In this document: positions 25,171 to 37,463 of the stretch, piece after piece
How positions within the stretch are numbered: the stretch's first letter is position 1
Layout of the letters: each line of letters begins with the position of its first letter
Source: Owenia fusiformis
Taxonomy: Eukaryota
Assembly: GCA_903813345.2 (NCBI GenBank)
Contig: CAIIXF020000001.1
Coordinates: 38,936,001-39,000,000 of the forward strand
Direction of reading: 5' to 3'
Length of the DNA: 64,000 nucleotides
The notes under the pieces: generated by a model
Seen by the model: only the letters and a program-made list of their open reading frames with translations
Database searches by the model: none
What the model was told of the DNA's origin: nothing
Translations under genes and position numbers: made by a program

Positions 25171-25992
25171 AGTCCCCATGTAAAGTTTGGAACTATTTTT
25201 TTATCATTCATTTACTTTGTAATTTTAGAGATTTTTGAAAAAAAAGAAATTTTTGAAAAATAGTTGTGAACATTTCATTTATCAGATATTCAAATCCCAC
25301 CATTTTTCAAAAAAAAGTTGAAATTGTTTAATCATCAAATATTTCTTCATACATTTCAAAAAAGTTTATCTTTAACATCAATGCAAAGATTGAACAAAGG
25401 ACACACTATTTCAATAATAAAATGCCACATTTAATGGGCCACTTCAATGTTTTAGCAAATAAAAAATATTATGCAACATTAGTGATGTCATTATGACTCA
25501 CTCAGGTGGCAAAAACTTTTTGAAAAAAATTGAAAATTCTTTTCAATGTCAATCTTTTCTAAATATGCTAGACTTCAATGATAAACCAATGTTGATTGTC
25601 TAACAAGGTTAAAAGGAAAAATATATTTTGTTTTAGATATAATTGTACCATTGGTTTCTATGAGAACTAAAACTTTGAAATGCGTTTATCTCGGACCCAT
25701 TTTCATGCACTGATGAGTTCATTACTCGCTAAGTTATTTATGAACCGATTTTCTAAATTTTTTCGCAAAAAAACATGCAAGGATGAATGCTATGCATTGG
25801 TATGAATTGTGGCTTATTAAAAGATACCTGTGACCTCTAAAAGTTGGTTTTAAATAAATTCACGAATTTTTGAACAAAAAGTCCTTCAAAAACCACTTTT
25901 TGATTTAAAAAAAGGTTTCACATATCAAACTTTGATAACACTGGGTAAGACTACAATATAAACCAAAGTGGTTTAAACTTTATATGGGGACT
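25171..25992. mobile_element. TTAA-flanked MITE with AG..CT termini (Kolobok-like)
   Basis: ttaa|agtccccatgtaaagttt ... aaactttatatggggact|ttaa. A related fragment lies at about 34040-34205. Confidence 0.75.
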
Positions 25993-25997
25993 TTAAC

Positions 25998-26455
25998 GAC
26001 TAGAAAACAGCATCTCCTAGGTATCAGCAAATAAAATTTGAACCAAATCTGTCTACTGGTAGACAACTGTTTTTAAGTTATCAAAGATTATGTTTTTCAC
26101 GAAAAATGGCAGTTATTTTGAAATTCAGCTGCCATCTTGAAAATTCCTTTTGAGCAGAGCTAGTTTATCATGAGGCATCAAAATATAAAATTTTAACCAA
26201 ATCCATCAACAAGTATTTGAGATTTGTTTTTACATTTTTTACAAGAAGCGGTGGTCATTTTAAATTGAGTAGGCATATTCAAAATTCCTTCTTGAGTAGA
26301 GCTCATAATACACTCATAATACACCCATAATCCTATATAATTTGAATCATCACCCAGATACAAAAATGAACCAACGAATGGACAGACAGATGAATGGATG
26401 GAAGAATGGATGAACGGATGGCTTCTCTTAGCCTCCTCAAACTTCGTTTGGTCAA
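25998..26455 (-). mobile_element. Degenerate HINE related to 8773-9344
   Basis: actagaaaacagca terminus, aaaatggc repeats, GGAT/GAAT microsatellite, aaacttcgtttgg hairpin. Confidence 0.55.
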
Positions 26456-26459
26456 TTTG

Positions 26460-27845
26460 ACACTCCCCCCCCTGTGACACACTCCCCTTCTGTGATACCC
26501 TTCTCACGAATCCCTGTACCACTCCCACCACTGTAACCCCATCCTCTTGTCTGACATCCCCCATCCTCTGTGACATACTCCCTTCCTGTGTCACCCTTTC
26601 CTTTTGACACCAACCCCTACAACACCCTCCCCCTGTAACACAGTCTCTTGTTTGACACCCCCTTTTTGTATGCCAGGAGTGAGCAAAAAATGAGATTGCA
26701 TTTGAGACTTTCTGGGCATTTTAAAATTTCAACTTATAAAATGTATTATTTTGTTTCTCACATACATATGTATATGATTGTTGTTACACTACAGGGAGAG
26801 GGGTGGGTGTCACAGAGGATGGGGTGTCAAACAAGAGGATGGTCTTATAGGGGGAGAGGTGTTACAGTAGTTGGTGATAAAAAGAAAGGGTGTCAGAGGA
26901 GAGGAGGATATTACAGAGTGTGTCAAATAAGACAGTGTTACAGGAGAAGACATGGTGTTACAGGGGTAAGTGAGAAAAAGAAAGTGTGTCAAAGAGGGAG
27001 TTTAACAAGAGGATGGTGTTACAGGGATCAGTGACAAAAAGAAAGGGTGTCAAAGGAGGGGAGGACATTACAGAGGGAATGTCAAATAAGAGGATGATGT
27101 TACAGGGGATGTTACAAGGGTTGGTGACAAAAAGAAAGAAAGGGTGTCACAGGAGGAGAGGGTGTCACAGAGGGAGTCAAACAAGAGGGGAGTGTTACAG
27201 GGGTTGGTGACAAAAAGAAATGATGTCACAGGAGGGGAGAGTGACACAGAGGGAGTCAAACAAGAGGATGATGTTACAGGGGATGTTACAAGGGTTGGTG
27301 ACAAAAAGAAAGAAAGGGTGTCACAGGAGGGGAGGGTGTCACAGAGGGAGTCAAACAAGAGGGGAGTGTTACTGGTTGGTGAAAAAAAGAAATGATGTCA
27401 CAGGAGGGAAGGGTGACACAGAGGGGGTGTCAAGCAAGAGGACGTGTTACAGGGAGATGTAACAGGAGTTATTGACAAAAAGAAAGGGGGTCAAAGGAGG
27501 GGAGAATGTCAAAGAGGGTGGGGGTGTTAAACAAGAGGATAGTGTTACAGAGATTGTTGGCAAAAAGAAAGAGTGTCACAGAAGGGGAGAGTGTTACAGA
27601 GATGGGGTGTCAAAAAAGAGGACGATGTTACAGGGGGTTACAAGCATTGGTAGCAATAGAAAGTGTGTCACAGGAGGGGAGGGTGTCACAGAAACAGAAT
27701 TGCTTTATACCACTTTATTTTAAATTGTTAGCAACTGGCAGCTTATCAAGATTTGTAACTGCATGAATTATGAATAAATATAACATGAAATGAAAAAGAG
27801 GGGGGTCAAACAAGAGGACAGTTTTACAGGGGGAGTGTTACATGG
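26460..27845. repeat. Purine-rich complex minisatellite; block 26460-26665 is inverted relative to the rest
   Basis: Same units as 6803 and 11495. The first block reads pyrimidine-rich on the + strand. Confidence 0.8.
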
Positions 27846-27976
27846 TTTAAATACCATCCTGCTTATACTGTCCTCCAATGTTAATAATCTGTTGTGTCTG
27901 CGCGTTTTACAGAAATCTGTACTAGTCTGGGTCAAAATGTTATTAATTACGAGGAACCAGGTTGCTAATCTTATAC

Positions 27977-28499
27977 AGTGGGAGACATTAATAAACCTCA
28001 ACAATCAAAAGTTGTCAAAATGAGCTAAATTCTAAGTTTCATGTCTCAAACTCTCCCTAGAAAAATAATTCCCGTTCACTTTAAGTAGCACAATAATTGA
28101 ATCCAAAGCTTCATACCTGCAAATGATAGATAAATTCAAACGAATGTTTTCATGGATCGCCATGTTTGTGATCCAAGGTGGATTGACTTCCAGAATGCAA
28201 CATCAGTTAACCTTATTTACTTGTGACAGGTTTCAAAATGGCGGAACAGCATTCTGAAAGCTAGCACGTGTCATGTTGTATTCTGGGAGCCAATCCTCCC
28301 CGCAGCGTAATTGGGCTCCAAAATCACCTCAACATTTGAAGAGTTGGCATTAACATGTGAATATCACTTCAAATTTTTAAGTTCCTATGGACACAAATTC
28401 CACTATATTTGAAGGTTCCAGAACGGAGAAAATAGAGCACTCAATTCACTCATTCTAGATTCACTGAGGTAAGAATTTATGACATATGTGACAGAATGT
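27977..28499. promoter_or_regulatory. Inverted, diverged duplicate of the putative bidirectional promoter (copy A)
   Basis: Aligns in reverse complement to 35671-36203 with indels. Retains both Staf-like motifs (slightly diverged), CACGTG, and donors CAG|GTATGA (28116, -) and GAG|GTAAGA (28469, +). Confidence 0.55.
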
Positions 28500-29150
28500 C
28501 TTTTTTATATTGTTACAGTAAAATTTTAAATGTTTGGAACTTCTTTGAATTTAAAAAATAAGCAATCAAATGAATAATATACCATGGTCATGGCAGGATC
28601 CTTGCGAAACTTAAAAACACTTAAAGGACAACTGAAATAGCTTTTTCTCAACTTGCAGCTACAAAAATTAGATAACTGCTAATGGTCATAGATAACGAAA
28701 TAAAACTAACTGATCAAATTAAATTGGCCCCCACGTGATTAGTAACGTCATATACAAAATGTAGCTTTGGTTTATGGGTACCTTAGTAATGAAAACGTCA
28801 CGGCAACCATAGGATTGTTGTGTAAACAAATAACAAAACATTTTGGCATTATGACGTCATGATCTAATGAACCAAAACGGGCCACGTGGGGACCAGTGAG
28901 AGATCACGTGGGGGCCAATAACGTCACAACCAATTCGAATATTGCTTATTAAGCAGCTTTAAAGATCGTTAGAGTGAAATAATTTTCACACTACTGATGA
29001 GAAAACATGTCCAAATACATGTTTATCAAAAAATTATATTGATTCCTTCCTTTAGGTTAAAAATACCATTTCATATCTGCTTTAATAACATGGCGACGGT
29101 TGTGCCAGGCATAAGTCTTGCAATAGATGCACGGTTATGGGTGTATAATA

Positions 29151-29536
29151 TATACCTCCTAGATGGAGGACTTCCCACTATCCGTGAATAGATAGCATGT
29201 GCAATATGAGTGCTTCTGGTTTACTCGAGTCTCTAGCTTACAGCTAGACGTAACTTTATTGATTTCGTATGTACTCTAGAAAAGGTGCTACACGCACCTA
29301 AACGCACCTAGAACTCATTTTTAATAAATTTTATAAATATTTTTATACCTCCTAGATGGAGGACTTCCCACTATCCGTGAATAGATAGCATGTGCAATAT
29401 GAGTGCTTCTGGTTTACTCGAGTCTCTAGCTTACAGCTAGACGTAACTTTATTGATTTCGTATGTACTCTAGAAAAGGTGCTACACGCACCTATACGCAC
29501 CTAGAACTCATTTTTAATAAATTTTATAAATATTTT
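29151..29536. repeat. Near-perfect tandem duplication, 2 x 193 bp
   Basis: tatacctcctagatggaggac... begins at 29151 and at 29344. One mismatch seen. Confidence 0.95.
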
Positions 29537-30554
29537 TAAGAATATTAATCATATTTAGGATGAAGCGTTGCTTGTCTGGATTTAGATATTTCAAAATTTC
29601 ATTTCGGAGTTTGACACATGGTGAAATTTTCTCGCTGTAGCTAAAAATGGCTTCCGGTTCTGGACGTGAATAAAATTTGAAATTATTCTCGCTTAAAGAA
29701 ATCAAATATAACAATAGATTCAGATAGGGATGTGAGCTGATGTTCTTCAAATCTATACATAAAGGTATATTTCATATTATTATGCCATATTTACTGTGCG
29801 TGTGACACAATGATTTACAATATTTATAATACTAAGGCAGCTCAATCTTCCTCCTCAAAGCCGGAATATAGAGAAGGCTTTGGACCGAAGTAACTTCTGG
29901 TGAGTGGTGAACTTTGAACTATTGAACTATCTATTGTTCCTGGGATTGTCCCCGTGATTCAATATTCAGGATTCTGTAATTGGGGACGATTAAAGGGTGT
30001 TAATACAGCCTTTGAAAGAGGTAAATTGTGCATTCTTAATGTCAGTGCCTAAGATTGTGTGTCACCCTGTAGACTAACTGACAACATGGAGAGCATCGGA
30101 GTCTTAGGCAATAGGCCCTCCACTTCATCTAAGACTAACATAAAACTCAGACTTCATACACTTCAGACGCTGACCTGGGCATATCATAGAGGTCTATTTT
30201 ATTAAATGTTATTAAACCGCTTACCTGACGTGATCGCAAACGCAGCAAATTTAGAAATCAAGCGACCGAGAAATTTGATGCAATTTCAGGTGCATGCTCA
30301 GGTGGTTCGGAGTAAAGAAAAGATTAACCTACAGTCTGTTCAGTCGGCCAATAAAACTGAAGTATTTCAGCCAACGCATGCGCACTGATCATAATCTTTG
30401 TTACTTTGACCAATCACAATCATCGATCATTTCCGGTAAAGCCATTGCATATGAGGTCAAGTTGACTCGTCGCAAGTAACGACTGGATTGTTTATAAATG
30501 GCTGACATGTCGAAAATCTAGAACAATATTATAATTTGAACTAATTACAGCATT

Positions 30555-32628
30555 ATGCCTCCAAAGAGCACGAAATCAACCTCTTCTTCTTCGTCTTCTT
30601 CTCCTCCAAAGAGCACGAAATCAACCTCTTCTTCTTCTTCTTCTTCTTCTTCTTCTTCTTCTTCTTCTAGTAAGGCAAAGCCTGCACCCCTTCGTGCTTT
30701 TGGTAAGGCAAAGCCTGCAGCATCAAAACCAACGACCAAATCCTCAAAGGCAGCAACCAAGACAGCAGATGCAAAAACTACAGCCAAACCTGCAAAAGCT
30801 GATGAGAGTACAAAGAAAGATGCCACTGTTGAAATCAATCAGGAAATGAAAGGTATGTTATTTTGATGTTCCCATTGCAGATTTTGCATTTGTCAAATAT
30901 TAGATCCCGAGGGGGAGGTCATGACACAGATCTGTGCTGCCTGACCCCTCCCAGCATAATCATGGGTCACGGTGTAGCCAGGCACCAAAGTTTTACAGAA
31001 ATGAATCTGAATATTTTTTCCCTTCTCTATCAAACTATTGGATCCTATTCCTACCAATCATGGGCTTTCAATAGATTTTCTATTGAATGCCCATGATCCT
31101 CTATACATGTATCTTCACCTGACTTTTGTGAAAAAGTTGAAATCAACTGGTGATAAGAGTTTTCCAGAATTGTGGACATCTTGAGCAAACATTATGCAAG
31201 CACGATATAGTAGAGCTCGATAATGTACACTGCGTCTGTGTAACAATTGTGAGGAGATGCTTTACTGTTGTCTCAAAATTGAATTGTATAATTATATTTC
31301 AGAGCTGAAAATTGAAGAGCGTGAAATAACAGTGAAACAGATCACCTCAGTTTTATTTGAAGATGACATCTCAAAAGAAACAAAAAAATGGCCACTTGTG
31401 ATTGATGCCCCATCATCACCATGCAGCACATTTCTGAGATACAGAGATGTAAATTATATCAATGCAATCAACCCTGATGACTTCAAAGAAGAGAAGATGA
31501 GATTATCCCTGTTAGGATCTATAAGGTAAATGTATAGTAATTGTCTCAAATTTTATTTTAGTTGGGTAATGATTTATCATGTACTACTTTGTACTACACC
31601 TTTGAGTTCATAATTTCAATTCAACATTGTATATATAAATCTAATTGCCATAAAACAACATTTTAGCTCTCAATCCACTCATGTCAATAAAACAACTCTG
31701 GTTTTATTTCATTTTATTGTTATCTGGCAAAAATGTCCCCTTTTACAATTCTGATGAATTTTTTCAGAAATTGTAAGGAAAAACGTTGACATGATTTCAT
31801 ACTCATAACTCACTCTATCCTTTTTAATTTCTTTAGGCTAATTATAATGTTTATTTATTTTACATGTTCCAGGTTTGGAAAGACATTTGTTATTGACATG
31901 ATGGATAAAGACATTTGGAACCTGGTTGTAGAGAAACTTGACAAAATGCTACCAGGCTTAGCAAATTCACTCCTTGATAAATCTCTTGTTCCAGAAAATA
32001 AGTGAGTATCAGAAAATAGGCTCCCGTTCCCCAAATGATTTGTATAATGTATACAGGATTAAAACAAAAATATAGAATATTTTGTCAAGAACAAATGCTC
32101 CCTACTACATGTACCCTTGCTTGTCATCTTTCCATTTCAAAGAGTACAGCTTATTTTCATAATATCCTTGTATTTTCCTGATAATGTATTTGTAAGACAT
32201 CACTTAATTGTGCCTGTCCAATTTTCATGAGCATATATTTAGAATGCCATTTTAATTGATTTTAAAAATGATACTAGCTATGATATTCAATATAGTGACA
32301 CTATCTCTTAAACAATTGAAAAAATGATGCTTTAAGTCTTTACATTGTTTGTTAACAATTATGTTTCAGTGTTTTGCTTATGAGAGAATAGCAAAGCCTC
32401 CTTCGTTAAAACAAAAAACAGTAATGTTATTTAACACCCGAAACTTATTCCAGGTTCATACCCCTAATAAAGGAGAGTGATGGTTCAGAATATACAGAAG
32501 AAAGAATGGTTCATGATATAATGGTAAGGAACATGGTTGACAACTTCAGATTTGTTCTTATCACAAGACATACGGATGTTAATAAAGAACTGAAGCAGAA
32601 AATGACAGTGATAAAGATAATGGCTTAA
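30555..32628 (+). CDS. 274-aa protein: Ser/Lys/Ala-rich N-terminus plus IQANK1-like C-terminal domain, with no IQ or ankyrin repeats; 4 coding exons
   Basis: GT-AG exons 30555-30852, 31303-31525, 31873-32001 and 32454-32628 join in frame (825 nt). Motifs KWPLVID..TFLRYRDVNY..RLSLLGSIRFGK.FVIDM..PGL..DG.EY..FRFVLIT match my recollection of the IQANK1 C-terminal region (not searched). Confidence 0.8.
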
Positions 32629-34206
32629 TAAGTTCATTGAAGGATGAGATACATGTACTAGCATATCTTCATTGATAAGTCAAGAATTCTTTACACAATC
32701 AGAAAGAAGAAAGGATGGTTCACAGAGGATAAACACATGAAACATTAGGTTTAAACATACTGTTTATGAATTATGAATACCACTCAGCATCATGAATTCA
32801 GAGTTCACATTCTCTTTGATCCATTTTCTGAGATGCAATGAAAGAAACCAGGCCTATGCATTGAATTTATAAAAGGCAATTTACAAAATTTTCAAAAAGG
32901 ATCAGAAACTATCAGACTGACCATGACATATTTCTGGTATCAGGCAATAATAAAAGATTTCAAGTGAATTGTCCAGTTTGTTTTTTGAAAAATAATTGAT
33001 ATGTAAAAAATGTTTGTTGATAATAGTGTTATCCTCAAATTTTAGTCTATACTGATATTATATGACTAAAGTTATCAGTTGTTTTTATAGATGTTTTTTG
33101 ATTGTGTTATGTGTTTTGTTCATGTTTTGAGGATTCTTTTGTGAGAATTGGTATTTCTAATAATAGCATAGTAAAGTAGAGGCTAATAAAGGGAATGAAA
33201 TTATTTTAGAATATACAATGTATATACATGTAGTACTATATATATATAGGCTACGTATTATTGAAAATATATTTTAGTAATACTATTTTAGTAATAATTT
33301 TATGTATATGTATTATATCTGTATTCAACATCATATATCAATCAATATCATATTGTTCATATACTATACATACCTTCAGCATTATATGATTGGTCCAGGG
33401 TCACAGCTATTTCAAGAGTTAGAAATCTGGAACCACTCATTCCCAATCATAAATCAAACAGCATTGTAGTTTGTAGGGGATGTATACCAGTTATGCTACC
33501 ATATAGCCTATGATACCAACCTGCTATGTACACTATTATTCTTTACAAATATATATCATAGCAAATGTGTTTGCTGTTAAAATACCTGTTTTATTTGTTT
33601 TTGATTTACATTGATCATAAAAAAGTCACTACTATGCTAATGCTGACAATAAGCTTGCTCATTTTCTCCAAGTTTGTATGATGAACATTTGCAATTGATG
33701 GCCTTTGATGTGATGGAATTTCAGAAAGAAGGGTGTAATATTAAATATAATACTCAAAGCAAAACAACACTACAATGGACCTTATTTTAAAACACTAACT
33801 CAGGTTTACATTTTGAACAATTTCGTCTTAGTTTTCTTAACCACAAAATGAAAAATAGCCTTCTGGAAAGATTCCTTATACTGAACACCTTATGTGGAAT
33901 GATGTATGAAAAAAATGTAATCTCCAAGACTCCCGAAATGCCATAATTTGTTTGCAATTGCAGAATTGTATCCAATGTTCTTTGGCCTTCTTTGACCTGG
34001 AAATACAGACACACAACAGAGAATGTTGAATGTATAAATTAAGCCCCCATATAAAGTTTAAACCACTTGGCTTATATTGTCTTACCCAATGTTATCAAAG
34101 TGTGATATGTGAAACTGTTTTTTAGTTTCAAAAAGTGGTTTTTGAATGACTTTTTTGAAAATCACGAATTTATTTAAAACTTTTAGAGGTCACACATATC
34201 TTTTAA

Positions 34207-35105
34207 AGTCACAACTGAGATGTCTGAGAAAGCCTTATACATATAAACATATTGTGACCATTGACCACTAAGACCACGTTGTTCAGATTTAAAAAAAAGT
34301 CCAATAATTATCCTACATGCCCGTTTTACTTAATTTAGAAGAAAAAAGGCCCACTATACTTAATTTAGAAGAAAAAAGAAAAAATTATCATTGAAACATG
34401 TTACTCAAACACTTGCTCAAATATGACACAAAGTTTGATTTGCTTTAATATTGAACCAAGAAAAAAATAACTCGCATAGAAAAAAGCATTTGAAGTTCAA
34501 AGATCATTAGTAGTGCATGATCATGCTAAACAAAGTGCGTTTTAACTATAACTCTTGATTCAAAAGACGGTGACACTTCTATAAAAATGAATGTATCATG
34601 TAATACAAACAACTGCGCCATCTTTCAATGACATTGATAAAAACTTGTTATATTTAATTTATAAAGCTTGACAGATTGAAATATTTTTTGATAATTTATT
34701 GTAAGCTTTGATGTTGTCCGTTTGAGCTGTTGTTGGTGTCAAATGAAAGATAAGATTCTTATCAATACATTGGACATACTATGAAATTCAAAAGTAAGTC
34801 TTTAATTATTTTGCCCAAAAACATTGAAAATATGCAAAGTGGACCTTTAAGTTAGATTAATGAACCAATGTCATGGCCATGTAGTCCATATCTAGTGCTT
34901 AAAGTTACCATTATCATTCATTTACTATTTGTCATGACTTTAAAAGTTATTTAGAGATTTTTGAAAAAAAGTTGTCAACTTTTCATTTCTCAAATATTCA
35001 AATTTCCCGCCAATTTTCAAATAAAAGTTGAAATTTTTTTATTTATCAAATATTGGTCACAATATATTTAAATATTAGGCTTTCTCAGACATCTCAGTTG
35101 TGACT
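34207..35105. mobile_element. TTAA-flanked Kolobok-like MITE
   Basis: Perfect 29-bp TIR agtcacaactgagatgtctgagaaagcct with TTAA on both sides. Confidence 0.8.
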
Positions 35106-35670
35106 TTAAAGTCTAGAATGCCCAAAAGTGCATTCTGCAGATCTGATTTATCACAGTCCCGGGGATCAGGGTTTTTAAAGACTAAAGCTTGTAAGAGCTA
35201 GTCCAAGGCGACATTAGAGACTTTAGATCTTACAATGTCAAAAGTGAATTAGGTCCACTGTGTTCAGAACTTCTATGGACTCTGTCATGATTGCATGTAT
35301 ATGAGATCCGTCTTGTTCAGCTTTTTTGGTCACTCTGGTAGAAATAATAAAGACGTTCGCAAAATTAACGCACCAACTTATTGAATTGTATTTTGGGCTG
35401 TTCATGAGGCGCCCGATTGAAATCAAAATATTTCTGTTTTTGAAAACTTTGCCGATCTTCCTTCCTTCCATTTAGAATCCTGAATATGCTGTGCTTATAG
35501 CAACACAATGGTAAGCATTTGAGTATACTATGAAAGGCCATGTCTTGTTGTGAGTGAGGGTTTAGTCAATCAAGAGGTCATGAAAGTAATTTTCAACTTT
35601 TGCATGGGATTCCTTAAAACTCACCCCATACAGTGGGGGGCATAAAGAATTACAAAACCTATGGAAATTA

Positions 35671-36203
35671 CATGTTGTCGCATATGTAATAAATTCTTAC
35701 CTCAGTGTATTCAGTGCTCTATTTTCTACGTCATAGTAAATCCAGATATAGTGGAATTTGTGTCCATAATGACAAATAAGAACTTAAAAATTTGATGTGG
35801 AATTCACATGTTAATGCCGACTCTTCAAATGTTGAGGTGGTTTTGGAGCCAGATTACGCCGCAATGTGGGTTGGCTCCCAGAATGCAACATGACACGTGT
35901 CAGCTTTCAAAATGCCATTCCGCCGTTTTGAAATACGTCACGAATAAATAAGGTTACTTGATGTTGCATTCTGGGAGTCAATCCTCCTTGGATCACAAAC
36001 ATGGCGATTCATGAAAACATTAGTCCGATTTGGTAGGGATTTATCCATCATTTGCAGGTATGAGGCTTTGGATTCATTTATTGTGCTACTTAAAGTGGAT
36101 GGGAATTATTTTTCTACAACTTGGGAGAGTTTGAGACATGAAACTTAGAATTTAGCTCATTGTGACAACTTTTGAGGGTTGAGATTTATTTTTGTCCCCC
36201 ACT
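35671..36203. promoter_or_regulatory. Putative bidirectional promoter and 5'UTR exon of CPLANE1 (copy B)
   Basis: Perfect 17-bp inverted pair ctcccagaatgcaacat (35875-35891 / 35961-35977), resembling the ZNF143/Staf site. CACGTG at 35894, AACATGGCG at about 35998. Donor CAG|GTATGA at 36058 (+) and GAG|GTAAGA at 35700 (-). Confidence 0.55.
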
Positions 36204-36390
36204 TTACATATCTAATGATCATTTCCAAAAATTTCAGACAATATAATGAATATCTTATTGATGAATCAGTGCAGATATGAATAAGTGTTAATCCCAAGAA
36301 TTGGTTCAGTCATGGGCTTTCAACAGAAAGTACTCTAGACACTGCAGATAATTGCAAAATGAATATAATACACCAGATGATACACTATCA

Positions 36391-37017
36391 TTTTTATGTC
36401 ACCACCAAGAACTGGTAATATATTGTTATGGTCTCTGTTTCTGTCTCTGGTGGTTGGCGGGTGGTAGGCGGCGGTTGATGTCTGTAACAAATTCTTAAAA
36501 CTTCCAATAACTTAACAAATACTGTTTAGAGTAGACTGACTTCAATCTTTTTTCAGACCATCTACAAGTTTTCAAAAAGTTCAAACCTGACTTAACATTT
36601 AAGATTTGACCTTCAATGACCTTTTTAAGGTAAAAAAGGTAAAAAAAAGGTCAAAAAGGTATCCAAATTTTTTCAAAATCATCTACAAGTAATCAGAAGT
36701 TCAAATCGGACTTTAGATTTAAGATTGACCTTCAATGAACTTCTCAAGGTCAAAGAAATGTCAAAAAGGCTTCAAATTAACCATTTTCTTTTCAAAATAA
36801 TCTACAAGTTCTCAAAATATCTCAAAAATCTGACTATAGATTTAACCTTCAATGACATTCTCAAGGTCAAAAAGATCTTTTTTCATCTTGCTTAAATTGA
36901 CCAATTTTTTTCAAAAGCATCTACAGAACTCTCAGACGTTCAAATCTGACTTAAGATTGAACTAATAATATTGTGAGCAACTAGATGGTGACATTTTGTC
37001 ATGTTAATGCCTTGTTT
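36391..37017 (+). mobile_element. HINE-like element with internal tandem repeats
   Basis: Subterminal IR atgtcacca / tggtgacat, GGC/GGT tract, ends in atgccttgttt. Shorter relatives at about 44610-44748, 48290-48378 and 50661-50776. Confidence 0.65.
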
Positions 37018-37463
37018 ATTTATGTTATATACATATTCTGCAAGATTTTGATTGACTGGTGTTGAAAATCAGCATCCATTCAAGTGCATGGATGTATGTA
37101 CATGTATATCATTCATATATTTTATAGGTTTGAGGATGCTACACACTTATATAAATTGTATTGGAGTACAGATCTGAGAGGTGATTCCATCAACAATCCT
37201 GTACTCATCCTGGATTAAAATGTGAATTTACAAGTAGCAAGACAATACTTAATACTGACTATAGGGAAAATACATGTCCCTTGCTTCAACAATGAAGATG
37301 GATTTAAAAGCACTTCAACAACTCAAGTGGATTAGGAAGTATTTATTACATTTCAACAATAAAAGTAGATTTACAAGTATTTCTTAGTGTTCAACAATGA
37401 AGGTAGATTTACAAGTACTTTAACAATGAAGGTAGATTTACAAGTATTCCTTAGATTTCAACA

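Noticed and set aside
26193..27766. Many 60-130 aa ORFs in GA-rich repeats (also 6862-7143 and 11534-13026)
   Set aside because: Stop-poor low-complexity repeats with no recognisable domain.
30545..30838. Poly-Glu ORF on the - strand
   Set aside because: Antisense shadow of the poly-Ser exon that splices in frame on +.
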